32,000 nt of DNA from Bdellovibrionota bacterium (lineage in GTDB: Bacteria > Bdellovibrionota > UBA1018 > CAUJDS01): contig CAUJDS010000062.1 of NCBI GenBank assembly GCA_963169695.1, positions 75,022 through 107,021 on the forward strand, read 5' to 3'. Under the pieces are notes generated by a model. It made no database searches. It was not told the origin of the DNA and saw nothing but the letters and a program-made list of their open reading frames with translations. The translations under genes were made by a program, and so were the position numbers. This document shows, piece by piece, positions 1-9,168 of the stretch (the stretch's first letter is position 1; each line of letters opens with the position of its first letter).

Positions 1-157
1 GACGAGGTCAATGTTCCAATCTGCCACTTTTGGCCCACGCTTCTTTAAACTGCGGGAATCTTTAGCCAATCGATTCAGCTTTTTTAACTGTAGCGCTAGG
101 TAGCGAGGGCTAACCTTTGGTTTGGATGATCGCATCTTGGCATGCTATCACAACCCA

Positions 158-976
158 ATGGCTGATTCGATCCGTGACGTGCTTAAGACAGTCCAACAAC
201 TTCGTAGTCCTGAAGGTTGCCCTTGGGATCTCGCACAGACGCATCAGACGTTGCGACCTTATCTCATTGAAGAGGCTTATGAAGTACTTGACGTCTTAGA
301 CGAAGTTTCTCAATCAGATTCTCTAAAAGACCCCGACATCAAAGGGCGATTGATCGAAGAGCTTGGCGATTTACTTCTCCAAGTACTCCTTCATTCAGAA
401 ATAGCCGATCAAGAAGGCCACTTTAGTTTCGCGGAAGTTGCGAAAGTTCTGAACGAGAAATTGATTCGCCGACACCCGCATGTATTTGGCAATGAAACGG
501 CCTCGAATGCGGGAGACGCCTACAAAAAATGGGAAGAGTTAAAAGCTAAAGAGAAGGAAAGGAAGATCGGCAAGGAAGGTCTGCTTTCTGGTTTGCCTCG
601 GGCCCTGCCAGCTCTCCAAAAAGCGGGAAGGGTCATAGAAAAAGTTTCGCGCGTCGGCTTTCAGTGGAAGGACCTTGAAGGGCCTCTTCTGAAGGTTAAA
701 GAAGAGCTTCAAGAACTCGAGGAAGAAATCCAAGAGCCCTCTCCACAAAAGGAGAAGATCGAAGATGAAATGGGCGATCTTCTATTCAGTTTGTGCAATT
801 TGTCACACCACCTCAAAATTGAACCAGAAAATGCACTAAGAAGGACACTCGAAAAGTTTCGGATTCGTTTTTCGTACGTGGAAGAAGGACTTCGAAAGCG
901 AGGGAAGAATGCGGAAGAAAGTACGCTAGAAGAAATGGATGGCTTGTGGCAGGAAGCAAAAAAGAAGCTACGATAG
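158..976 (+). CDS. mazG: MazG-family nucleoside triphosphate pyrophosphohydrolase
   Basis: N-terminal LRSPEGCPWDLAQTHQTLRPYLIEEAYEV and a second EExGDLLFSL repeat are the tandem MazG signature. The ORF track starts at TTG 122. ATG 158 (MADSIRDV...) gives the N-terminal length usual for MazG, but neither start has a good SD. Confidence 0.85.
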   Translation: MADSIRDVLKTVQQLRSPEGCPWDLAQTHQTLRPYLIEEAYEVLDVLDEVSQSDSLKDPDIKGRLIEELGDLLLQVLLHSEIADQEGHFSFAEVAKVLNEKLIRRHPHVFGNETASNAGDAYKKWEELKAKEKERKIGKEGLLSGLPRALPALQKAGRVIEKVSRVGFQWKDLEGPLLKVKEELQELEEEIQEPSPQKEKIEDEMGDLLFSLCNLSHHLKIEPENALRRTLEKFRIRFSYVEEGLRKRGKNAEESTLEEMDGLWQEAKKKLR

Positions 977-1548
977 AATCGCAAGTCTGGGGACTCACTG
1001 GGGGAATCGCCTCTGGAAAAACGACCGTTGCTCAATGCCTTGAGTCCCTTGGTGGAAGCGTTATCTATGCCGATCGTATAGGCGCGGCACTTCGACAAAA
1101 AGGTGGCAGGGCTCATTCACTCTTAATTAGAAAATTTGGTACCGCAGATACCGAAGTCCTACGTGAGCGAACCTTTTCAGACCTCAACTTCAAAGCAGAA
1201 TTAGAAGGCTTGCTGCATCCATTGATTTTGGAAGAAAGCCTCTCTCAAATGAAGGAGGCGCTTCAAGGTGCCCAAGGTCCAGTATTCTACGAATCCCCAC
1301 TTCTCATAGAGAAGGGACGAGCCTCCCAGTTTCGTGGTCTCATCGTAGTACTTGCTTCCACGGAATTGCGACTCCAGCGACTCCTCACACGCTCTGGAAT
1401 GACCTCGGAACTTGCCCGGCGTATACTCCAAACTCAAGCAACCGATGCTGAGCGAAGAAAGCAAGGCACCTATATCTTAGAAAACCAGGGCAGCCTCCCC
1501 GACCTCCAGAAGGCCACTCAGGAACTGTATAAAAGCCTCAAGTATTAA
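946..1548 (+). CDS. coaE: dephospho-CoA kinase
   Basis: P-loop GLTGGIASGKTT close to the N-terminus and ~200 aa length are typical of CoaE. GTG start at 946 overlaps the mazG 3' end, and no other start codon lies before the P-loop. Confidence 0.85.
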   Translation: MAGSKKEATIESQVWGLTGGIASGKTTVAQCLESLGGSVIYADRIGAALRQKGGRAHSLLIRKFGTADTEVLRERTFSDLNFKAELEGLLHPLILEESLSQMKEALQGAQGPVFYESPLLIEKGRASQFRGLIVVLASTELRLQRLLTRSGMTSELARRILQTQATDAERRKQGTYILENQGSLPDLQKATQELYKSLKY

Positions 1549-1634
1549 TAAATATTAACTATTTAGGAAAATGAAGATTCAAACAGCGGTTAACTATATG
1601 TATTTATTGAACTTAATTGGATATTTAGGCTTAT

Positions 1635-2114
1635 TTGCAATTAGACGCGCTGGGCCAGATAATGGAACTTGAGGTACGTTGCGTGTTTACTCCATCACCA
1701 GTCCCCAAGAAGCCACAAAAGAAGGCCCGCAAAGGTCACTCCTTCCATCTCAAGCGGGCTACCGGACAGCTGAGAACAGTGGACGGGCCGCTTGGCAGCA
1801 AGCCAATCACCGCCATGATTCGAGTGATGCTCAATGACTTTAAACCCTATGAAGTCGATTTCTTTTCTAACGTCAAGCTCCCCCAAGGAGAGATGGCCGC
1901 CTTAACAATGGAAGCGCCCGCGCGCTTTTTTCAGAAAGGTAAAGTCATGCGATGCGAGGAGGCTATCCCGTCGAGTAAGATTGTTACCGACACTGCCTTC
2001 AAATATCGACTGACCTTGAAGTTTCAATTTGAATCGCCCGAGCAAGAGTCCACCGTAAAGGCGTTTGTCATGGCGATCAGAAATGAACACCTAAAGGTTG
2101 ATGCAGCTGCTTAA
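1635..2114 (+). CDS. hypothetical protein, possibly a degenerate PilZ-like beta-barrel
   Basis: 159-aa ORF (TTG start; ATG alternative at 1662). The C-terminal pattern YRLTLKFQFESPEQESTVKAFVMAI resembles PilZ C-termini, and NVKLPQGEMAAL loosely resembles the D/NxSxxG region, but no clean RxxxR is present. The functional call is weak. Confidence 0.4.
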   Translation: MQLDALGQIMELEVRCVFTPSPVPKKPQKKARKGHSFHLKRATGQLRTVDGPLGSKPITAMIRVMLNDFKPYEVDFFSNVKLPQGEMAALTMEAPARFFQKGKVMRCEEAIPSSKIVTDTAFKYRLTLKFQFESPEQESTVKAFVMAIRNEHLKVDAAA

Positions 2115-3163
2115 CTCATGAGGGCAAGGAATTCGTCCCAGTGATTGCGAAGCTTCCCTTTGAGTCGAAGGACAGCCTGAGTATGAAGCTGACTAACTCG
2201 TGATTCAGTCACATCCAGAACTTTTCCGATTTCTTTGAGGTTCAAGTCTTCGTAATAATACAGAGATAAAACCAGACGCTGCTTTTCGGGGAGTTCCTTG
2301 ATTGCTTCGGCAATCATCCGCTTGAGCGATGCCAAATTGACTTCACTAAAAGGATTGGCAACACGTGGACTACCATCCATCATATTCTGAAGGCTTTTTT
2401 TGTCCGCCTTTGAAAAGCTGGTTAGGTCATCAAACGATAAAATAGAAACACTTCGAACTTGATTGAGAAGGTCATGGAACTCTTCTTTCGAAAGGTTTAG
2501 CTCGCTACAAATCTCATCATCCGATGCCTGACGCCCTTTGTCCTGCTCAATTTTTGCATAAGCTCTTTCCAACATCTTGGCCTTCTCACGAACAGAGCGA
2601 GGCACCCAATCCTGAGCACGCAGTTCGTCTAGTATCGCGCCACGAATTCGAAACTCAGCATAAGTCTTAAACTTATTGTCTCGACTGGAATCGTATTTAT
2701 CAATGGCATCCATTAATCCAATAACGCCGGAGCTAATAAGATCATCCAATTCAATATTTGCTGGCAATCTCGCCGCAATTCTCTGAGCGATGTATTTTAT
2801 CAAAGGAGCAAATTCAATAATAAGGCTTTCACGACCTGTATTTGCTGGTGAGCAATCATCTTTTACAAAAGAGCCAGTCGTGCGATCCCGCTCCATCTCT
2901 CTTCTGATTTCTGCCTGCAGCTCCTCTTCTTGGCGCTTTCGCTCCTCGAGCTCTTTCAATTCTTCAACTGCAGCTTCCATCTTTTCAGCTTTGGTCAGTT
3001 CTCGCTTTGGTCTAACTCTGGCTTTCGCAGTCGCAGGCTTGCTCACCCCACTTTTTGCAGCAGCCTTCACAGGAGGCTTGCTCAGCTTTTCTGGCTTCGT
3101 CGGAGTCGACTTCTTTGCTGGTTTACTGACTTTTGATCGAGATTCCTTCTCAGGCACTGCCAT
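2111..3163 (-). CDS. fliA: flagellar sigma factor sigma-28 (FliA/WhiG family) with a ~110-aa N-terminal extension
   Basis: Region 2 (DLISSGVIGLMDAIDKYD, FKTYAEFRIRGAILDELR) and region 4.2 (LSLYYYEDLNLKEIGKVLDVTESRVSQLHTQAVLRLK). It is the last gene of the fla block, after flhF-flhG. The start overlaps the flhG stop by 14 nt. The N-terminal 110 aa are K/P/A-rich followed by a charged helix. Confidence 0.9.
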   Translation of the reverse strand: MAVPEKESRSKVSKPAKKSTPTKPEKLSKPPVKAAAKSGVSKPATAKARVRPKRELTKAEKMEAAVEELKELEERKRQEEELQAEIRREMERDRTTGSFVKDDCSPANTGRESLIIEFAPLIKYIAQRIAARLPANIELDDLISSGVIGLMDAIDKYDSSRDNKFKTYAEFRIRGAILDELRAQDWVPRSVREKAKMLERAYAKIEQDKGRQASDDEICSELNLSKEEFHDLLNQVRSVSILSFDDLTSFSKADKKSLQNMMDGSPRVANPFSEVNLASLKRMIAEAIKELPEKQRLVLSLYYYEDLNLKEIGKVLDVTESRVSQLHTQAVLRLKGKLRNHWDEFLALMS

Positions 3164-3902
3164 AACTGAGCCCCACTTCCATCCTAGAATGCATCAATCT
3201 TTGATGCCAATCCACCATGCGTCTTGTCGCCAACTCGGCGCAAGCACCTGGTGAAAACCCATTCCTTAATTCTATCAGGTTTTTATTTCCTGCGATAACT
3301 TTGGAAACATTTTTTATTCGAGGAAACGCGCCTAAGTAATCAAACTCAAGTTGCGGAACCGCTCGCACTTCTCGCTGCAATAAATAGAATTGAGACCTCG
3401 CCTCTGTCTGAGATGCCACCTGATTGACGATAACTCCCACGCTGCTTCTTAGATCTAACTGCGGGACTTCATTCGTCAAAAATATGCCGTCCTCTAATAA
3501 ACTAAAGCGGTCCCCTGTCGTCACAAGAATTTGGCGATCCACACCAGTAATCGACCTTTTCGACTCGACCAGTATATTGTCATAGGTTGCGTGGGATTCG
3601 GCCCTACCAATCCAATCTGCCAAAGTGACCTGGCTCAATGCTCCGAGAAAAGGCGCTACACATAGACGATCGATCGATCCTTTGAGCATTCTAGGGATCG
3701 AAGCGTAGCCCATGGGATTTTGAACTTCCTCTACTACCAAAACACTCTTACCCTCAGAAACCAACTGCGCCGCAATTGCACTAATAATTAGGCTCTTACC
3801 CGCACCTGGTCGACTACTCAAAAAGGAGGTCGTACGACCCAAAATCGCCACATTGGAGTGTTCGGCCACCATTTTTCTTAGCTTCTCGGCTTGATCCATC
3901 AC
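3150..3902 (-). CDS. flhG: FlhG/YlxH (MinD/ParA-family) flagellar number regulator, divergent ATPase motifs
   Basis: N-terminal DQAEKLR matches the FlhG DQAxxLR motif, and the gene sits directly after flhF. The P-loop region reads SSRPGAGKS, whereas I recall B. subtilis YlxH as SGKGGVGKS. GTG 3902 or ATG 3899 overlaps the flhF TGA. Confidence 0.75.
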   Translation of the reverse strand: MMDQAEKLRKMVAEHSNVAILGRTTSFLSSRPGAGKSLIISAIAAQLVSEGKSVLVVEEVQNPMGYASIPRMLKGSIDRLCVAPFLGALSQVTLADWIGRAESHATYDNILVESKRSITGVDRQILVTTGDRFSLLEDGIFLTNEVPQLDLRSSVGVIVNQVASQTEARSQFYLLQREVRAVPQLEFDYLGAFPRIKNVSKVIAGNKNLIELRNGFSPGACAELATRRMVDWHQRLMHSRMEVGLSYGSA

Positions 3903-5182
3903 AAGTCCATCAAGAGTGAAGCAACGCGCTCAGCGGTTACCGGCTCGATATCATCGGGAACATTTTGACCGGTTGTAAAATAAGCTAAGGGTAACTTTGC
4001 CCGATGAGACAAATTGTAAACTGATCCATAGGTCACGGCCTCATCGAGCTTTGAGAAAATAAGCGCGGTGGGATGAAAAAGCGAGTAGCGGTTCACAACA
4101 TCCATCATTTCCCGATCCCGCGTAGTAGCCGAAACGACCAAAAAGCTTCGTAAGTCTGGAATGTTTTCCAAAAGCGCTGCTTGTTCATCTAGGGCTTCCA
4201 CATCCCTCTGTGACCGACCAATCGTATCTATAATAACTAGGTCGTAAGAGGCAAAGTCCTTGATCGCTGCATCCAGCTGCTCTCTGCTTTGTACTTGCTT
4301 GACCGGAACCTTAAGGATTTTAGCGTAAGTCATGAGTTGATCCACAGCACCCACTCGAAAGAAGTCTAAGTTGATCAGGCCGACTTTCATTCCACGCTTC
4401 AAGGCGGATTCACTTGCGATCTTTGCAACAGTGGTCGTTTTCCCCACGCCGGTAGCTCCAATAAAAGCCATAATCTTCGGGCCGGTACCTCGCTTTGCTT
4501 CCAAAGGGTCGATGACTTCCGTGCTCTCCATTATCGTCAAAGCCACCTGATCAGTGGTGTCATCCACACTCTTCAGCCCTTCTGCATCTAAATCAAAAGC
4601 CACTTTCTTACATACTTCATAGGCAAAGCGAGTTTCTAGGCCATTCAAAATCAGTTGCTCAAATCGATCCTTTAGAATTTCTGAGGAGAAAAGCCCTAAA
4701 TCAGCCCGCGCCACTTGAGCGCCAGAGCTTCGAGCCTCTACGGCCTCTTTTTCTAATCTTCCAACTTTTTCCTGCAAGTCTTTCACCAGTGCCAAAACTT
4801 GGTGGTCTGCAGGTGCCGGTCTTGCATCTTTCACCTCAACATACGGAATCCGAGATACCGATGGATACTGCCCCTTTGGCTGCTTGGCAGGAACTTCATC
4901 TCTAGGACCGGCATACCGATCGTAAACGGCGTTGATCGCCTTTGCAGGCATTTGATAGAGCTGATCTTTGGCTTCCTCTGGAATTCGCTTTTCATAGGCC
5001 GTCTTCTTACTCAACTCTTTATCAGGCACAGCAGCTGTCACTTCAAAGGATCCCCCAGACATAAGCCCGAATCCTTTTTTATTTTTCTTCGTCTGAAGGA
5101 TGATCGCCTGCGGTCCTAATTCCCGCTTAATGGTATCTAGGGCCTCCTGAATGGTCGGTGCTTCAAATTTTTTAATATGCAT
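3899..5182 (-). CDS. flhF: flagellar biosynthesis SRP-type GTPase FlhF
   Basis: N-terminal B-domain MHIKKFEAPTIQEALDTIKRELGPQAIIL. G1 GATGVGKTTT, G3 DTIGRS, G4 SKLDE. Positioned after flhA. Confidence 0.93.
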   Translation of the reverse strand: MHIKKFEAPTIQEALDTIKRELGPQAIILQTKKNKKGFGLMSGGSFEVTAAVPDKELSKKTAYEKRIPEEAKDQLYQMPAKAINAVYDRYAGPRDEVPAKQPKGQYPSVSRIPYVEVKDARPAPADHQVLALVKDLQEKVGRLEKEAVEARSSGAQVARADLGLFSSEILKDRFEQLILNGLETRFAYEVCKKVAFDLDAEGLKSVDDTTDQVALTIMESTEVIDPLEAKRGTGPKIMAFIGATGVGKTTTVAKIASESALKRGMKVGLINLDFFRVGAVDQLMTYAKILKVPVKQVQSREQLDAAIKDFASYDLVIIDTIGRSQRDVEALDEQAALLENIPDLRSFLVVSATTRDREMMDVVNRYSLFHPTALIFSKLDEAVTYGSVYNLSHRAKLPLAYFTTGQNVPDDIEPVTAERVASLLMDL

Positions 5183-7253
5183 GACTAATCCTCACGGTAT
5201 CAAGTGCCCGAATGTTTACGTTCGACGTTATTTCATTATGAGAAAGAATGACGATGTTTGGAATAAACCGATCCACAAGTGTTTTGAGGTGGAATCTAAT
5301 CATCGGAGAGCAAAGCACAATTGCCTGGGCTGACTCTTGCGCCATTTGGGATACTTTTTGATTCAACTCTCCAATAAACTTCCGAACAAATTCGGGATCT
5401 AATGAGAGCTGAGGGCCGTGCTCGGTTTGAATGATTCCACTTGCTACTGTTTCCTCAATATCCTTCTCTAGGGTAAGAAGCGTCAAGTTGCCATCGCCGC
5501 CTACCAGCTTTTTGGTGATAGTGCGTGCAAGGTTGGTTCGAACGAATTCGGTCAATAGAACCGGATCCTTTGAGGTCGAGGCATATTCGCCAAGGGCCTC
5601 TAAGATACTCTTGAGATCGCGGATAGAGACCGCCTCTTTCAGAAGATTCTTTAGCACCTTCAGCACAGTCCCGACAGGAAGAAGGTTTGGAATGAGGTCC
5701 TCAATAACCTTGGGCGCCGTCTCTTTAAGTTGGTCCAACAATACTTGCAACTCTTGCCGGCCAAACAACTCATGTCCATGCTGACGAACAAGTTCAGTGA
5801 GATGGGTGGCAACAACTGTGGAGAGATCCACTACCGTGTATCCAGCGAAGGTAGCTTCTTCCTTTTGATGCTCGCTAATCCAAATGGCATCAAGGCCAAA
5901 GGCAGGTTCTTTCGTTTTAATTCCAGCAATACGCTTCGTCGTATTTCCAGGGTCCATCGCTAAAAGATGGGCGACCATGAGAGATCCCGAACCAATAGCA
6001 ACCCCCTTGAGAAGCACTTGGTAGTCGCCTGGCTTTAATTCGAGATTGTCTCGAATTCTCAGTGGCGGTACGATAATGCCAAGATCCAGAGCAAACTGCT
6101 TTCGAATATTCGATATACGTTCAAGAAGATCGCCTTTCTGTTCGACGTCGACAATATTAATGAGCCCATAACCCACTTCGAGTTCTAGGAGATCCACACC
6201 CAATAGGCTCTCGAGTTTTTCTGGTTTCGGCTTAAGCTTCTCTCTTTCCTTCTCAGCATTATCTTTCTTTTCTTCCTGGGAACGCTTCGAATAAATCTGA
6301 TACCCAATGTAACCCAGACCGCTTCCTAAAACAGCAAAGGGTAAAAATGGTAGACCTGGAACAAGTCCAAGAAAAGACATCACGCCGGAAGCCGCAAACA
6401 TCGATCGGTGATTGGAGAACAACTGTCGGCCCATCTCACTACCCAAGTGTGATCCACCGCCGGATCGAGTAACCACGATACCTGCTGCTGTCGAAATAAT
6501 AAGTGCTGGAATCTGAGTCAAAAGACCTTCACCGATAGTGAGCAAGGTAAAGGTCTTGGCCGCGTCTCCTATAGACATCCCTCTTTGAAGGGTTCCGATA
6601 ATAATGCCGCCGAAGATATTGACCCCGACAATAAGCATCCCCGCAATGGCATCTCCTCGCACAAATTTCGAGGCACCGTCCATCGCCCCGTAGAAATCGG
6701 CTTCCTGGGATATTTCTTCGCGCCGTCGGCGGGATTCTTTCTCGTCGATAACTCCCGCATTGAGGTCAGCATCGATAGCCATTTGCTTACCTGGCATAGC
6801 ATCCAAGGTAAACCTAGCTGCCACTTCAGCGACACGACCCGCACCCTTGGTTATAACAACAAAGTTGATGATCACCAGTATCGTGAAGATCACAATACCT
6901 ACCGCGTAGTTGCCACCAACCACAAATTGACCAAAAGAGTGAATCAGTTGGCCTGCCGCCTCGGGACCATTGGGACCGCCGCGAAGTAGAATCGCGCGGG
7001 TCGTGGCAACGTTGACCGACAAACGAAACAAGGTCGTTACCAAAAGCAAGGTAGGAAAGAGACTAAAGTCTAATACTTTTGTTGTGTAGACTGAGGTGAG
7101 CAAAAGCACGACAGAAGTTGCAATTCCAAGGGCCAACAGTATATCGATTACAAAAGGTGACAGCGGAACGACCATTACGGCCAGCGTGCCAACAAGGCAT
7201 GCGGCCAAAAGCAAATCTGAATGTTTACTCAGACGACTCGTTAAGTTTGCCAT
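5172..7253 (-). CDS. flhA: flagellar type III export gate protein FlhA
   Basis: 693 aa. Motifs FPTLLLVTTLFRLSVNVATTRAILL, GGNYAVGIVIF, FVRGDAIAG, and the C-terminal cytoplasmic domain. Confidence 0.97.
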   Translation of the reverse strand: MANLTSRLSKHSDLLLAACLVGTLAVMVVPLSPFVIDILLALGIATSVVLLLTSVYTTKVLDFSLFPTLLLVTTLFRLSVNVATTRAILLRGGPNGPEAAGQLIHSFGQFVVGGNYAVGIVIFTILVIINFVVITKGAGRVAEVAARFTLDAMPGKQMAIDADLNAGVIDEKESRRRREEISQEADFYGAMDGASKFVRGDAIAGMLIVGVNIFGGIIIGTLQRGMSIGDAAKTFTLLTIGEGLLTQIPALIISTAAGIVVTRSGGGSHLGSEMGRQLFSNHRSMFAASGVMSFLGLVPGLPFLPFAVLGSGLGYIGYQIYSKRSQEEKKDNAEKEREKLKPKPEKLESLLGVDLLELEVGYGLINIVDVEQKGDLLERISNIRKQFALDLGIIVPPLRIRDNLELKPGDYQVLLKGVAIGSGSLMVAHLLAMDPGNTTKRIAGIKTKEPAFGLDAIWISEHQKEEATFAGYTVVDLSTVVATHLTELVRQHGHELFGRQELQVLLDQLKETAPKVIEDLIPNLLPVGTVLKVLKNLLKEAVSIRDLKSILEALGEYASTSKDPVLLTEFVRTNLARTITKKLVGGDGNLTLLTLEKDIEETVASGIIQTEHGPQLSLDPEFVRKFIGELNQKVSQMAQESAQAIVLCSPMIRFHLKTLVDRFIPNIVILSHNEITSNVNIRALDTVRISHAY

Positions 7254-8335
7254 GGATTCTTCCTCAATTTAAAGACGTAAGCTAGCACTTCAGCAACAGC
7301 CTGATAAAGAGCGCGAGGTATGGTTTTTCCAATTTTCACAGTCTTATAGAGCGTCCGCGCCAGCGGGACATTTTCGACCAATGGGATATTGTTATCAAAG
7401 GCGACCTGCTTGATTTTCTGCGCGAGGAAGTCTGCCCCCTTTGCCACCACTCTAGGCGCATCCATTTTTTCCCGATCGTAAACAATCGCCACGGCGATGT
7501 GGGTAGGATTCGTAATTACCACGTTGGCTTTTTTGACATCTTCCAACATTCGCTTGCGGGCCATTTCTTTCTGAACGGACCTAATACGAGCACGAATCAA
7601 GGGGTCCCCTTCGTGCTCTTTGTGCTCTTCTTTGGCTTCTTGCTTGGTTACTCGCGTGTTCTTAGAATACTCCCAGCGCTGCAACCAAAAATCTAATCCC
7701 GAAAAGACCAGGAGCGCACCACATAGAGCCATAAACATCGATTTACTATTTGCCCAAAGAGTTGCTGATAGATTTTCGGGATCCATGAAAACATGCATGC
7801 CACTATTCATTACGATGGGTTTGACCATGACATAGGCAACGAAGCCAACAACGAGGGCCTTGATGAGCATCCGACCGCTTTCAATGACCTGCCGAAAGGA
7901 CAAATAGCGCTGCAGTCCTGAGAGGGGGTTAACTCGATCAAAGTCAGGCTCAAGGGGGGTTGTCGAAAAAATGGATCCAATTTGTGCGAAGCTTGAAATG
8001 ACGCCGAAAACGAGGGCGCTGAGTGCGACTGGAAGGGCAAGCTTTGCCAAAATTCCTAGCGCTCGAAAAAGTGCATCGCTCAGCGTATCTTCCTTGCCGA
8101 AATCTAAATGAGCCGATTGGTCAGTTCTAAAAGCATCCTGCATAAGCGATAGCATATCCGGAGCATAGGCCTTTATAACTACCATCAAGGCAATTCCTGC
8201 TGCAATAAGACCCACCAATGAGTTGAGCTCGCGGCTTTGCGCAACTTTTCCTTGCTCGCGTAACTTCTCGAGTCGATAGGGCGACGCTTCGTCGGATAAG
8301 TCATCCCTATCTCGATTTTTTTCGCCTTCAGCCAC
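7241..8335 (-). CDS. flhB: flagellar export switch protein FlhB
   Basis: N-terminal EKNRDRDDLSDEASPYRLEKLREQGKVAQSRE, NPTH autocleavage site (VITNPTHIAVAI), 364 aa. Confidence 0.96.
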   Translation of the reverse strand: MAEGEKNRDRDDLSDEASPYRLEKLREQGKVAQSRELNSLVGLIAAGIALMVVIKAYAPDMLSLMQDAFRTDQSAHLDFGKEDTLSDALFRALGILAKLALPVALSALVFGVISSFAQIGSIFSTTPLEPDFDRVNPLSGLQRYLSFRQVIESGRMLIKALVVGFVAYVMVKPIVMNSGMHVFMDPENLSATLWANSKSMFMALCGALLVFSGLDFWLQRWEYSKNTRVTKQEAKEEHKEHEGDPLIRARIRSVQKEMARKRMLEDVKKANVVITNPTHIAVAIVYDREKMDAPRVVAKGADFLAQKIKQVAFDNNIPLVENVPLARTLYKTVKIGKTIPRALYQAVAEVLAYVFKLRKNPWQT

Positions 8336-8358
8336 AGCTCAATTCCCCCAAAGAATAT

Positions 8359-9168
8359 CTACGGCCCCTTCATGGTCCGCATCACAGACCCCATTTCTTC
8401 TCCGATTCGTCCAAGCGCCTCAGAAGTCGCTCCATAAAATTCTGGCAAACCTGTCAATAAAACTATGAATCCCACAAGGGCACTGATCGACAAAGAAAGA
8501 ACTAAGATATTCATCTGCGGAAGAGCTTTAGAAAAAACCCCATAGATAACGTTTACGACGAAGAGAGAAATGGCCATTGGTGCTGATAACTGGAGCCCAA
8601 GGCGAATCATCTCACCCGAAAAATGCATAAGCTTCTCGACAAAGGCGCCGCCGATCGTAACGTGTCCAAGGCCGACCATTTCATAACTACGAATAACGGC
8701 CTTCAACATCTGATGGTGGCCATCTATTGTTATGAAGAGCAATAGCGTCAGTGTGGTCAGTAGCCTTGCGACAAGCTGTGAGGAGCTTTCTTGCTGAGGG
8801 TCATATTGGCTAGCGGCCGAAAACCCCATGAAAGTACCCATTAACTCACCCGTAATCTGAAAGGCTGAGAATAACATTCGAACAAAAAGGCCGAGCGCAG
8901 CGCCAAACACAGCTTCCATACCAATAGTAGATATGAGGCTACCTGCTGTTGCCGACCACTTTTCTGCATCCTGTGGCACAACAATCTGATCAGCCACGAG
9001 TACAGGAAATACCGCTATCGTTACCGCCAGCGGCAACAGAATCTTCACTGGAGATGGAATCGCGTTATCTCCAAAGATGGGCAGAATGACCATAACCACA
9101 CTAAGACGCACAAGTACGGCAAAAAAAGTCATGATTTCGAATGCGTTAAACTCAAAAACTCCGGTCAC
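8359..9168 (-). CDS. fliR: flagellar export apparatus protein FliR
   Basis: 269-aa polytopic membrane protein between fliQ and flhB with FliR-like helices (LVRLSVVMVILPIFG...). Confidence 0.93.
   Translation of the reverse strand: MTGVFEFNAFEIMTFFAVLVRLSVVMVILPIFGDNAIPSPVKILLPLAVTIAVFPVLVADQIVVPQDAEKWSATAGSLISTIGMEAVFGAALGLFVRMLFSAFQITGELMGTFMGFSAASQYDPQQESSSQLVARLLTTLTLLLFITIDGHHQMLKAVIRSYEMVGLGHVTIGGAFVEKLMHFSGEMIRLGLQLSAPMAISLFVVNVIYGVFSKALPQMNILVLSLSISALVGFIVLLTGLPEFYGATSEALGRIGEEMGSVMRTMKGP

Noticed and set aside
1-116. Possible gene fragment at the left edge, e.g. minus-strand TTG-AKDSRSLKKRGPKVADWNIDLV running off the window, or a plus-strand frame ending at 46-48.
   Set aside because: It is too short to recognise any family and no motif is present, so I cannot support a feature.
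1549-1634. AT-rich intergenic region with direct repeats TATTTAGG (x2) and TTAACTAT (x2), considered as a repeat element or small RNA.
   Set aside because: These are short low-complexity AT-rich motifs with no hairpin or terminator. They most likely belong to an ordinary promoter region. They are mentioned only as context for the 159-aa ORF.
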